Below, piece after piece: positions 51,800 through 63,571 of a stretch of DNA of 64,000 nt. The translations under genes were made by a program, and so were the position numbers. The notes under the pieces are model-generated. The model saw only the letters and a program-made list of their open reading frames with translations, did not search any database and was not told where the DNA came from. The DNA comes from Diplonema japonicum (lineage: Eukaryota; Protista; Euglenozoa: Diplonemea): assembly GCA_964019335.1 (NCBI GenBank), contig OZ025680.1:496001-560000 (forward strand), given 5' to 3'. Each line of letters starts with the position of its first letter. The first letter of the stretch is position 1.

Positions 51800-54766
51800 A
51801 TGGCATCACCGGAGATCGTTGCGATCCTGCAGAGGCTTGGAGATGCGATTGTGAGAGTCCCTGCGAACCTGCCCGCAGTGGAGCGAGACTTGGGAGTACT
51901 ACAAGAGCAGAAAGGGGTTGTAGGGTTCTGTAGGGAGGTGCTGGAGGTGATGCAGGGGAGCAGTGGAGTGACCGGCGTGGTGGAAAGGCAGGCTGCGGGG
52001 ATGGTCGTGAAACAGGTGTTCGAAAGGAATAAGACAGCTGTGGAAGGCGATGCAGGAGTGCGGGGGTGCTTGATCGAGTGCTTGAAGGACTCTTTGAGTG
52101 AAGTGAGGAACACAGCATGCACACTGGTTGCCCAGTTGCAGTCTAACTGGGATAGCCTTTTCCCCACACTTGTAGAGATAATCAGGGCAGCACAAGCCCC
52201 TATCCCAGGAGTCCTCCTCTGTCTCCACCGTCTCCTCGAGCCATGCAACACCCACCTTCCCACCTGCATGGCGATGGCACAGCTCGTCCCTGACATCATG
52301 AGGCTTACACCTATGTCGCCCCAAGAAGGCCTGCTGGTGCTCCGTGCTATTTTTGAGATCCCCGAACTCCATGAAGACGAGGGGGGTGTCATCGTTGCTG
52401 CGCAAGACAGTGCCGCCACTGCCTATGCTAACTTGCTGTTGAGTATGCCCGACAAGAGCATGGTGCTGGGCAATCTGACGGGCTTTGTGAACCACTGGTC
52501 TGCGGTGACCGACCAGAAGCTGATCGACGAAATGCTGAAGATCGGGCTGATGGGGCTGATGAACGGAGATGAGAAGCAGAAGAAGACCGCAGCAACGTTC
52601 TGGGGAGAAGCAGGGTGCTACGACCCTGTGGAGGGTATCGTTAAACCTTACGTGTCCGAGGTGGTGAAAGGCCTGGTGCAGTGCGTGCAGTTCACAGACG
52701 AGGTGCTTTGCGACAGGCCTGGGTTGACAAACGATGCAGACTGCGCCGTGCCTGACGAGGAGAGGGGGCTGGTCTTTCACAAGGAAGACGAGGCAAATGC
52801 CGATGATGTGCTAGACGAGCCTGACAGCCACCCCCACCCGCACTCGAACCTGGCTGATGAGGGGAACCTTCGGGCTGAGGCTCATCTTGCTCTTATGACG
52901 TTGTCTGAGGAGCACCCAGCACCCACCGCAAAGATTCTCCTTGACCTCCTGAAGGACATCGCCACCTACCCTTGGAAGCTCACCGAGGCGGTGCTGACTT
53001 CTTTTTCAGCCGCTGCAATCGGGTGCAGCTCGGCCATGATGCATTGCTTTGAGCCCCTGTTGGCCACCTTGCTGCAGCTCGCAGATACCAACCCCCACGG
53101 CCTAATCAGGGCGGCCAGTATTACAACTTTGACGGAGATAGTCTCAGCACTGTGCGAGGAGATGTGCGGGGAGGAAGAAGAGGACGACGAGGAGGAGGTT
53201 TGTGGGCAGAAATTCCTTCAGAATTTCTTGCCCAAAGTCCTCACCTGCTTCTCGCAGCATCTCCACGACCCTAACAAGCGCACGCAGACGGCTGCCATCT
53301 CAGGAATCCATTCACTGCACAGCGCGTCGGAGCTGTGCAACGACCCCTCGAACAGCTGCATCCACTGGGTGCTCGACGCAGGGTGTTCGGGGAGGCTACA
53401 GGCGGCAAACCGTATGGCGTGCTTCGAGAAGGTTGCTATGATGGTACGTGGGTCGGGCCTATCAGACACAGGTGCAGATGCTATATTAGTAAAGCTGATC
53501 GGGTATGTAAAAGGGAAGCTTGCGCAGAGCGGGGCTGAAGACCTGGTGAAGCAGACAGAGACGGCGAGCGTGCTGTGGGGCGTGTTGCAAGCTGTGATGG
53601 AAAAGTCTGACGAAGGCGATGCGGAGAGCACGAAGAAGAATAACGCAATGCTGACAGAGGTCGTACAGATTACAGTCGGGGTTGTAGAGACGGTGACAAA
53701 AATGGTGCAAGCCGGCAACGACGCGGGGATGGGCGCTGCGATCACAAGCATCGACGTTATTTCTGCTGTGGCCGACACCTTCCCTGAGTTTTTCCAATCA
53801 CAGGCAGCGGCTACGGTGTCGCTTCTGTCCACCTCCATGAGCCTCCTGAAACTTTACCACGCCCACAACGGAGCCTCAGGCCTTTCTACGTGCCAGCATC
53901 TCATTCACTCGCTGGCGTCCCTTACCGGCGATATTGTATCGAACTGCTACGAGGCCATCGTCCAGCACCTTCCCCTCCTCACTACTTTCTTCTGGTCCGA
54001 CATCCTCTCGGGCACCCCTGAGTGCATCCCTTGCGACAAGACAGATAGCGAAGGCAGCCGTGCAGTGTCCAACGTGTACTGGGCACTGTCTGAAATTGTT
54101 GGGAAAACAACCGACCTGCAAAAAGTGTTCCCAAGCCAAGAAGCTATTAGTCTTGTTGTCGCTCACGTACTGGAGTGCATTCGCACCCCTGGTGTGCAAG
54201 ACGGAATGCATCAGAATGCTTGCTGCTTGCTTGGAAACTTAGTGGGGAAGGCACCTGTGCGAGTGGAGGACATGCTGACGGTGATGCCTTTGTGGCTGCC
54301 GTCGGTGGCGTCTTTGGAAGGTGGCACCGAGAAAGAAGGGTGCCTTGTGTCGCTGACAAAGTTTAACGATCTGAGAATGTTGCTCTGCGCAGGTGTGCTT
54401 GCAAGCACATGGAAGGTAGCTGACGTCGAAACTCTGCCTGCTGCATGCACACCAGGGGTCTTCCGTTCGTGCGGCGGAGTGGCCACGGCTTTCTCAGACC
54501 CCAACCTGAAGCTGACACTCGTCTTCTGTTTTGCGAACCTCCGCTCCTCGGGGCACCTTTCCCTCCCGGAGCTCAATGAACTCTTCGCGATGGCAGAGCC
54601 CAAGTCACATCTCGATGAGAACAGCTGGAAACAACTCTGCAAGTCGCAGTTCTGCAGCCCCTCCACTGGGATTAACAAGGAGCGCCTGGGCGCCATCTAC
54701 ACGCACGGCATGCGCAACCTCGATACTGACTTCGCGGAGGTAGTCAACAGGGTAGCAGGGTTCTAG
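51800..54766 (+). CDS. Divergent transportin-1 / importin-beta-2-like karyopherin
   Basis: HEAT repeats, ERQAAGMVVK (IBN_N-like), an acidic loop AVPDEE..NLRAEAHLAL, DPNKRTQTAA, SNVYWALSEI and QNACCLLGNL. Confidence 0.7.
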   Translation: MASPEIVAILQRLGDAIVRVPANLPAVERDLGVLQEQKGVVGFCREVLEVMQGSSGVTGVVERQAAGMVVKQVFERNKTAVEGDAGVRGCLIECLKDSLSEVRNTACTLVAQLQSNWDSLFPTLVEIIRAAQAPIPGVLLCLHRLLEPCNTHLPTCMAMAQLVPDIMRLTPMSPQEGLLVLRAIFEIPELHEDEGGVIVAAQDSAATAYANLLLSMPDKSMVLGNLTGFVNHWSAVTDQKLIDEMLKIGLMGLMNGDEKQKKTAATFWGEAGCYDPVEGIVKPYVSEVVKGLVQCVQFTDEVLCDRPGLTNDADCAVPDEERGLVFHKEDEANADDVLDEPDSHPHPHSNLADEGNLRAEAHLALMTLSEEHPAPTAKILLDLLKDIATYPWKLTEAVLTSFSAAAIGCSSAMMHCFEPLLATLLQLADTNPHGLIRAASITTLTEIVSALCEEMCGEEEEDDEEEVCGQKFLQNFLPKVLTCFSQHLHDPNKRTQTAAISGIHSLHSASELCNDPSNSCIHWVLDAGCSGRLQAANRMACFEKVAMMVRGSGLSDTGADAILVKLIGYVKGKLAQSGAEDLVKQTETASVLWGVLQAVMEKSDEGDAESTKKNNAMLTEVVQITVGVVETVTKMVQAGNDAGMGAAITSIDVISAVADTFPEFFQSQAAATVSLLSTSMSLLKLYHAHNGASGLSTCQHLIHSLASLTGDIVSNCYEAIVQHLPLLTTFFWSDILSGTPECIPCDKTDSEGSRAVSNVYWALSEIVGKTTDLQKVFPSQEAISLVVAHVLECIRTPGVQDGMHQNACCLLGNLVGKAPVRVEDMLTVMPLWLPSVASLEGGTEKEGCLVSLTKFNDLRMLLCAGVLASTWKVADVETLPAACTPGVFRSCGGVATAFSDPNLKLTLVFCFANLRSSGHLSLPELNELFAMAEPKSHLDENSWKQLCKSQFCSPSTGINKERLGAIYTHGMRNLDTDFAEVVNRVAGF

Positions 54767-54876
54767 TCCAGAGGTTTAGTTTATCACATTTATTTTCTCC
54801 AATCCGTCTCACATCAGTATTCTATTTATGCCTCTTGCACCACAATACACATCGCAAGGAAAGAGGGTTGGCAGAT

Positions 54877-56578
54877 ATGAATATGGAAGGAACAGGGTCG
54901 CCAGCAGGGCAGACCCAGCAGCCCGACGACCAGCTGATGGTCCCTGCAAAGATGGTGGGGGGTTTGAATGTGAAATCTACAGGCATGCTGAAAAACTGGA
55001 AGCAAAGGTGGTACGAGCTGCGAGGACGGCACCTGTACTGCTTCAAAGGGAGCGAGACCGAGAAACCGAGCAGTATGATAAATCTGCAGCACAGCATGCT
55101 GGTGGTGGAGCCACCGCCGAATCAGAAGCTAAAGTTTAACATAAAACAAGTGAAGGAGTCGAAGGTGTACGAGTTCCAGGCTTTGAACAGCGAGGACCTC
55201 ACGAAGTGGGTGGAGCAGTTGCGATCTGCCTGTGGAGCGGGCTACAACGCAGGAGGTGGTGGAGGAGGAGGAGGGACGGTGACCCAAGGTCAAACCACTC
55301 AGTCCCCCTCACGGCTGCACTTGTCTCTGCAACATTTGAAACTTTTCGACGCGCAGGACGAGCGGAAGCCCGTCACCATCAAAGACTTTGAGTTGGTGAG
55401 CGAGCTAGGCAAGGGGTCGTACGGAAGGGTCCTCAAGGTGCAGAAGAGGGACGCTCCTGGGGTCTTCTACGCTCTGAAGGTAATGAAGAAAGAGGCTATA
55501 ACTAAGCCCCGCGAGGTGATGTCTGAACGGGCAGTTCTGCAGAACATCGACCACCCGTTTATCGTGAAGCTTATCAACGCCTTCCAGTCGCCTTCAAAGC
55601 TGTTCCTAGTGCTGACCCACCTCCCTGGGGGGGATCTAAAGCACCACCTGAAGGAGGGCACTCTGTTTGCTGAAGAAAAAGCTAGATTTTACGCCGCAGG
55701 CATCCTCTTAGCCCTCGAGCATCTCCACACCAGAAGCATCATCTACCGGGATCTGAAGCCAGAGAACCTTGTGCTTGATGAAGTGGGGTACCCTGTGCTC
55801 ACTGACATGGGGCTTGCACGGGAGCTGCTGTTTGATCCTGTGGCGTACACCTTCTGTGGCACGCCTCTCTACGTCGCGCCCGAGGTGCTGCGGAACAAGG
55901 GCTACACCAAGGCTGTCGACTGGTGGTCCTACGGTGTTATCCTTTACGAAATGTTCTTGGGGATCACACCCTTCGCCGCCAAGACCGCGCAGGCAGTCTT
56001 CCAGCTCATCATATCAAAGAGTCCACAGGTCCCTCGAGACCTCCTCACCCCCGCCACCAGCAATCTCTTGGAGCGCCTCCTCATCAAGGACCCTGTCCAG
56101 CGTCTATCCGAGCCTGAGGAAATCCGCTCTCATAAGTTTTTCGCAGGCATCGACTGGAGTAAATATGCAAGAAGACAGGTATGTGGGAATAAAAAGGAGA
56201 CACACATCACACAGTACATCGCACCTGGGAAGGGCCAGACGCGATCGGCGAGTGTGAAACTAACGGAGCAGCAGGTGTGCAGGGGGAACTTAACGACACC
56301 AATAACAACAACAACAGATTCGAGAACTTCTTGCTGACTTCAAAGAGGACGCTGCGTCCACCCGGCATAAGCCAGAGACATTCCAGGTATGTCTATTTCA
56401 TTATTCGCATCACATCCAACAGGGCTTCACCTTCTTTGGTGATGGCAAAGATCAGGCCCCACAGTCACCAGTGTTGCACAGGTCCTCTGGAGGCTATCAA
56501 GGGCAGAGCAAGGCAGGATCGCCACATCAGCAACATCGTGGGATGGACTCCAGAGGCAGGCCACACCATGGGTCGTGA
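54877..56578 (+). CDS. PH-domain AGC Ser/Thr kinase (PKB/Akt-like); exons 54877-56178, 56215-56274, 56318-56386, 56423-56578
   Basis: PH domain (KNWKQRWYEL), GKGSYG, YRDLKPEN, DMG and YTFCGT. Splicing the 36-, 43- and 36-nt introns restores the AGC hydrophobic motif FQ|GFTF. Confidence 0.92.
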
Positions 56579-57261
56579 GGGTGCGAGGGAGAATGGGAGC
56601 GTAACAGAAAAAAAAAAGAAAAAAGAAAAAATGAAATAAAAAGAAGAAACCACCTATCCCTTTATCCACCCCCCCCCCAATTTTTTTCTTCCGTGATTCC
56701 CCCCCCCCCCCTAATCCCTTCTGTCTCTTTGTCACCTCCTCCCCTTCTCCTTCGTCCTCTCTTTCCCTTAATGCATCCCATGGTTGGGGTTTTTTTTTTC
56801 ACGATGTGCAAAATGAAGAGCGAAAAGGAAAGAATTCAGAGAAACTAATAATAATAGGCAAAACAAAAATTATATATACCCGGGGAGACCCTTCCCCGAG
56901 CAAAAGGGGAAAACAAAACAAAAAAAAAAATATTAGGGCCAGGACCAGCCTGGCTATTCAGAATGCTTGCGAAGTTCCTCAAAAAAAAAAAAAAAAGAGA
57001 ATAAACTGTAACAAAAAAAAATCCAACTTTGATACACTTTCTTTTTTTTTTTTTTCAAAAAGGGAAAGACAGGAGGAGTACAAGAGAAAACGGCGAAAAA
57101 CATGGGGACAAAAAGCAAAAAAAAGAGAAGGCGGGGGGAGAGGGAAAAAAAAAGGCCGAGAAAAAAGATTTTTTTCTTTGCGAACGGAAGACTTATTTTA
57201 CGCATGCTTATCCACGCCCCCCTACCCCTACCCCTCTCCCTCTACCTCACTCTCTAGACTG

Positions 57262-57306
57262 GGTTCTGGCTTAGAGGCGTTCAGCCATAATCCATCCAGT
57301 GGTGGC
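57262..57306 (-). pseudogene. Isolated ~45-nt fragment of LSU (28S) rRNA 3' domain
   Basis: The minus strand reads GCCACCACTGGATGGATTATGGCTGAACGCCTCTAAGCCAGAACC. This matches the conserved eukaryotic LSU segment GGATTATGRCTGAACGCCTCTAAGTCAGAA. The flanks are not rRNA-like. Confidence 0.8.
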
Positions 57307-58555
57307 ATTCTCTGGAGGGGAACGCTAATAAGGAATGAAATGAAAACAAAGAGAAAATAATAAAAAAAAGAGGCAAAAAGAAATCTTTTAGCAGAGAGAA
57401 GGGGGGGGGGGGGGGGGGGCTGGTTTATATATACTTGATAATAATATATAAATAAATAAATAAATAAAATGAAATGAAATATGGTCCCCTCTCCACATAT
57501 TTATATGTCACAAAACTAGTGCATTCCCTCAAGGGGAGTATTTGCACTACCCCTCAGCACAACACAAATTGCAAAAAAAAAAAGAAGAAAGATTCCCATT
57601 TTCTTAAAAGAAAATAAGATACAAAATGGCGTAATGGAAGTGCTGCACACATAGGGCTGTAATTAGTAATTTTGTGAACTACTAGAAAAAAAGAGTAGCG
57701 GCAACATGTGGTGAGAGTTATATAAGAGAAATGGCCGTCTTTGGAAGGGAAAAAAATTCTTTTTTTCTGTCTGGAATTAAAATATTCGGTTTTTTTTTGG
57801 GGGGAGGATGGGGGAAGCGGAACACAAGAAAAAGGGGAAAAAACGTTAATTTGATACAAGGAGGGCGTTTTTTTGACCTCCCCCTTCTTTTTTCGGAGGT
57901 TACGAATTCGCTTACGTTTTTATCCAAAGGCGGTGTCTACCATGGTCAATTATAAGGTACTTGGCGAGACTGGAAAAAAAAAAGAACACATTTTCTCGCC
58001 ATCTCTGAGAATTTAGTTCTGGGCTACAGTCCCATATTTTTATATATATATATATATATATTTCACCGCTCAAGGTAGAGGCACGAATTCAAAAATTCTT
58101 TGAATACAAATACCGAAAACTCGACCATTAAATACCATGCCTTGTCTGCTGGTCATGAATCGTGGCCTATTTGTTTTCTTTTCTTCTTTTTTTTTTCTGG
58201 TGAATAGAACCAGCAGAAAGAAAAAAGAAAAAAAAAAGAAAAACAATGTTCTTTATTGGATAAAAATTGCCCCCCACCCCCATCCCCAACTGCTCGAAAA
58301 AAAAGAGGGGTAAAAAAAAAAAAAGGCAAACACTTTCTTTTTTTTTTCTAGAGGCCGTTTCTTTTGCACCCCCCCCGCTCCCCCTCTTTGGAAGAAAAAG
58401 GAGAAGGGACAAATATAGTACAAACAAAACAAAACAAAATAAAAAAAAAAACAATATCGATTACCGTATTTCTAAGGAATTAAGGTCTGAAAACGATTAA
58501 GGAATTAATTTTATTAAGTTTGTTGAGTGAAGATCAGACCAAATTTCATTCTTTA

Positions 58556-58591
<36 letters not shown>

Positions 58592-59942
58592 TATTTAATT
58601 TAAAGTATGGTAATTCTCAAAGAGAAAAAAAAAAGGGAAAAAAAAAGAGAAAACCAACCTCCTTTCTTTTTTTTTTTTCTTGGTGTTTTAGCCTTATATA
58701 GGCAACAACTCCAGTATGCTGCAAAAAAAAAAAAATAAAATAAAATAAAAAAAAAAAAAAAAAGTAGATCAAAGTTAGAAAGGGAAGAAAAAGAAGAAGG
58801 AAAAAAAAAAAAGGAAGAAAGTGACAAAAAAAAAAACTTCCTCCCTCCCTCCCCCCTTATTGATGTACCGCCTTTGGACTGTGCAGTGTTACACAAATGA
58901 ACTGCATTTCGATTTTGGAATCAGCAAAATACAAAAAAAGAAGATGGGCAGGGGAGAGAAGTAGGAAAAAGACACTGGAACGTAAAGATGATCAACATGC
59001 CCAGATTGAAGGCGTTCTCGTCTGCCTTGATGAAGAGTCGAAGCAGAGAGCAACTGCTTTTTGCCTTCTTTCCCTTGTCTAACCGTTTACAAGAGTTGTG
59101 CTACGGGGCCCAAAGCTGCCTTTAAATGGCTCTATATCCACCTCCCCTAAAAAAAAAAAGAAGGAAACTACTAGAAATCACACTCCAATCTTATGGGAGC
59201 TCAAAAAGAGCTTTTACTTTTTTTTTTTTTTTCTTTTTTTTTTTTTGCCAATTTTTTCAACCCTTCTTCCCCCCCCACCCTCTGATGATTTTTCGTTCTT
59301 TTTTACAGTAAATCTTTTTTCATTTTCTGCAGACGGGAGAGGGGACTACACAAGGGAAGAGGGGGGGGGGGGGGGGGAGAAAGAGAAGAAAAAAATCCCC
59401 ATCCCTTTCCCCATTTTTTTTTTTCCAAATAAAATTTATAAAAAAAAATAATAATAAAAAAAAAAGATAGCTTTATACAGAAGTGGTGCTGAATTGGGGA
59501 GATTTCTTTTTTGTTCTATTTTCACGCTCCGTGGCGGTATTCTCCTCTTCAATAACAAAAAAAAAAAAAAGAAAAAAAAATCAACATAAGCACCCGCACC
59601 ATGTGCATACTAGGGCGGGTGTTGTGAGAAGATACATAACCAAAAGGAAAGAGGAGCGGACCAAGCAAATCAGCTTATCCGGAGTAGTGATCCCCACCCA
59701 CCTTCTTCTTCTTCTTTTTTTTTTGTTGCATAGAGCTTGCTAGGCTAAGAACCGTTTCCTCTCACCGATCACGCGCTTTGGCCCGCTCCTTGCCTCCCTC
59801 TCGTCTGTGGTGGCTAGTCACGTGATTGACACTAATTAGTGCGTTTTTCTTCTTCTTTTTTTTTCCCTGCTTGAATGTAACCCTCTGTGCTACCACCCTG
59901 GGGGGCAGAACGAGGGGTATGTGTTTGTGTTCCTGATTTGTG

Positions 59943-59978
<36 letters not shown>

Positions 59979-60361
59979 TCCAACCAACACAACCAACCTG
60001 GCGATGGGTAGTAGGGCCTGTCTTGGTTACCTTTAGGTCGTGCCGCTTGCTGGGCACGGTTGATAGGTAGCTTTTGTTTAGTCGTCTAATGGGAAGTCTG
60101 TTAGTTTGAAGGGGTGTTTTTTTTTTTTTTTTTTTTTTCTCCTCTATTTCTGTGTGTGCGCGTGTTGTGTGGCTGAGGTGGCTACAAGTGGCTGCCCGGG
60201 TGATAAACAGCATTCCCTCCCGCCCCCCCTTTCCGCTTGTTTATTTATTCTTTTTTTCCTGAATTTTTTTTTTCTTTGAGGCTGCACACACCCCCGGAAC
60301 TACTTTGTTTCAAAGTAGTGCTCACAAGCTATATATCCCGCCACCACAGTCTCAAGGTGTC

Positions 60362-60398
<37 letters not shown>

Positions 60399-60502
60399 CG
60401 TGAGCCTTTTTTGCAGAACAGAATATGAAGAGTACCCTTCTCCTCCAAAGAAAATATGGATATGATTTCCGCCCACACGACCATTTCCCAGGTTCGCCTT
60501 AA

Positions 60503-62292
60503 CCATCTACCAACGGACCATTTTTGCCCACCAGGGGGTAAATTTTCAAAACTTCAAAAAAAGCTATTCTAGCGCAACGCCGGGGCTATATGCCCCCGAA
60601 AATGCCTCCAGATGTCCCAATTCTAGAGAGAGGGTGCCCACAGCAGGGCCCACCCCCACAACATTGTCAAAAATATCGTTCCTGAAGTGCTCGAGAGGGG
60701 GTACAAAAAACAAGTCAAAAAAAATCGACTGTAAAATTCTATAAAAAGCTATTTAAGGCCTTCTTGTCGCGGTTCGTACGTGCCCCAGGGCTGGGGGACT
60801 TCTTTTTTGACCCCGAGAGGGGTTTCTGGGGGGTATCCCCGGCAAGGTGGCAGTCTTTGAAGCACGGAGTCACGCAAAGTTGTACCAAGCAGGCTGAACA
60901 CTGAAATAGGGGTCTTTTCGACTTGAAATGCTTGCACCGCACGTTGCACTACTTTTTCGGGGAAATGGTCCCAGAAGGTACTGTCACGGCGCATTGGGGT
61001 CTCAGAGCACTCGTTCTGTGTTTCGGGGCATGGTATTGGGGCAGCCTGCTCTGTAGTTGACTTTATCTGTTGTTTAGACTGCCTCCCTAGTAGCCCTTCG
61101 ATGACTGCCTCTTTGAAAGGCGTGAATCCACTGTCGTTCGTACTCAGGGTGTTGGGGGGCAAGGCTTCTTTCCAAACAAGCCAAGCATTCGCCAGAGATT
61201 TACCTAACAAGTACGAAAATACTTTTAGGGGCCACTTTTAAGTCATAAGGGTGCGTTTATGGCGTTTTGTCACAGCGTCACCCAGCGTCGGTTCCGCCCA
61301 TTGCGGTGTTGTAAATATGCACTTGGTGGGGAGTGGGATGTCCTTTCCGGCTTTCATTCTCTTTTGGCGGACGGTCAAATTTGACTTCACTGGAACATCC
61401 AACGTCGATAGAAAGCACACAGGCTTGATGTCATGCCACGTTGTGGTGCAAAGGATGCTCGCGTGCTGGTGGAACTGTGTCCCCACGGGATGCGCGTCCT
61501 TGGGCTTGCGGCCTCGCTTCTTTGGGGCATCCATGATCTCCGGGAGGCCTTCGCGATAGGTAGAAGTCAGCACGCTTGTTTGTTTCGCTGTGGAAACACA
61601 GATTTCCCAGAATAGTCAAAAAGCGGACATGACGGTAGCGTACCCAGGTGTAGTTGAGAAACGTGGAGCCAGTGCACCAGTAATCAGAATAATCTGGCTT
61701 GATATCCAAGTCCATCGACAAAAGGACACCTAGGAAGGTACGCAGAGAAGCAGCATCGAGATCCAGGGAGACACCTTTTTTAGCCGCATTTGCCACATTG
61801 TTCGAAGTTATGACCCGAATAAAGTTTGGACGAGCATTTGGGAGAATATATGGAATGGCGTTGAGCCTCTGATGTCAAAACAGGGTCCACAAGGATTCCG
61901 ATCTTCACGAAACCGGATGCCTTCCAACTGCTCCGGCTTTGCCGTCCAATCACCCTGCTGTGACTCGGAATCGGTCGAATTCGTGTCAGAATCACTGTTT
62001 GTATCAAAATTGCATAATAGGGATGAGCCATCAGTGCTGCCATCACTCATAACGTCCTCTTCCGGCCTCTTTCCGGGCGCCTTTTTTTGAAGTGATTTTT
62101 AAGGGTAAATTTGGGCTGGCGTTTTTTTTTATTTTTTCATTTTCGTTAGGGCAGCATTTAGTTTATATTTTTCATATTTTCCGCGCAGGACCCCGCCGGC
62201 AAGAAAGGGCCGGGCCGTATTGCATTGAAAGCCCTTTGCGTAAAAGATTTTTTTTTCAAATCGTCTATATATTGACGCTCGTTGATAGATGG
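60503..62292 (-). mobile_element. Decayed piggyBac transposon (1790 bp) with a frameshifted, internally deleted transposase
   Basis: TTAA on both sides (60499-60502, 62293-62296) and 13-bp TIRs CCATCTAYCAACG. Minus-strand motifs are LRTFLGVLLSM..DYW, RF..ILGNLCF, WHDIKPVCFLST, YNTAMGGTD, KWPLKVF..NAW and the Cys-rich tail CSACLVQLCVTPCFKDCH. Confidence 0.92.
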
Positions 62293-62313
62293 TTAAAGAT
62301 TGAATTGTAGTAA

Positions 62314-62540
62314 TCATCTACCACCACGGGCTTTGTGGTTATGTGGTATATTTTTTTGAAACTTTCAAAAGATATTATTTTAACACACCACAGGGGGCAC
62401 GCACGGGGGGAGGAATGAAAAAAAAGGTATTTTATGTTTCTTCCTTTGCAATGTGTACTTTCCTGATTGGCTAGACCTTCACCTAAGGGCTACCAGCCAA
62501 GCGTGCCCTGCCCATGATACACATGCTCGGTGGTGGATGG
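62314..62540. mobile_element. piggyBac-type MITE (~227 bp)
   Basis: GTAA|TCATCTACCACC ... GGTGGTGGATGG|TTAA. The TIRs match at 10/12 positions and resemble those of the adjacent piggyBac. Confidence 0.6.
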
Positions 62541-63536
62541 TTAATAAAAATAAATCAAACCCGATTTTTACCCGTGTGGATGTGTGTTTTTTTTTATTCT
62601 TCTTTTTTTTTTTTTCCCTTTCTTTTTTTTGGGGTAAGGGGGAAAAACAGCTATTTATTGCCAACAAATATGGCTCATTTGGCGACAAGTAAGTCGTTTT
62701 ATTTCACTCTTCGTCATTTGAGTAACTCGTTTTTTTCCACACAGGTCAACTTTTTTGGAGATTTCCCTAAGGTAGTACGGGGTAGCTACTTCGCCGTGGC
62801 ATTTTAAGGGGAAGTAAAGCACTTATTCCCGCTTTTAAGGGCCGGAATAGGCCTCAGATGGCTAAAAATAGTCAAAATACCCCCGCCCCAAGAAAGTTTT
62901 CAAGGGGTTGGGTTCATTTTCTTTTTTTTTTCCCCGGCAAGACCCATTTTTTCCACTCCCAGTTAAGTAATGGCCATTTCACGTTAGTTAATGAGTCCTA
63001 GTGAGTGAAGAAAATGACGAAGAGTAAAATAATAATAAAAAAAAAGAGCAGCACTCGTAAGAAAATCAGGTGAATTCCTTTTATACACAATCCGTGCGTG
63101 GTATGTCGAGAATTGTTGTTTTTATTATTATTATTATTTTATTTTTTGCTTCCCACCCCACTCCCCCCCTTTTTTTTTGCACCCTGGAGAAACCGTTACC
63201 AGGGGGTTTATTTATTTTTTTTTCTCTTTCTTTCATGAGACTAGTTTTTATATCTTACATTTCGTTAAGAAGGTGATACATTTTCTTTTTGTTTTTTCTT
63301 TTTCTTTTTCTTTTTTGTTTTTTTTTTTTTGCCCTCCTCTTTCTTCCTTTATCCCTACCCCTCGGCGTGGTACCCACTTTTCTTTGTTGAATGACAAAAA
63401 AAAGAACCGAGGAAGGAAAGTATGAAACATTTAAAAAAGGGAGAAGAGGGAAGAAAAAAAAAGAGAGAAAAAAAAAGAGAAAACCAATAAATTACGAAAT
63501 AAAAGAATTTGAAATGAGAGAGAGAGGGAACAATTA

Positions 63537-63571
<35 letters not shown>

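Noticed and set aside
58940-59090. Short coding-looking stretch on the minus strand (RLDKGKKAKSSCSLLRLFIKADENAFNLGMLII)
   Set aside because: No start, splice context or recognisable motif; at most an unidentifiable fragment.
59995-60010. CCTGGCGATG resembling the start of the ingi/L1Tc signature
   Set aside because: Only about 10 nt match, and the rest of the signature and ribozyme fold is absent.
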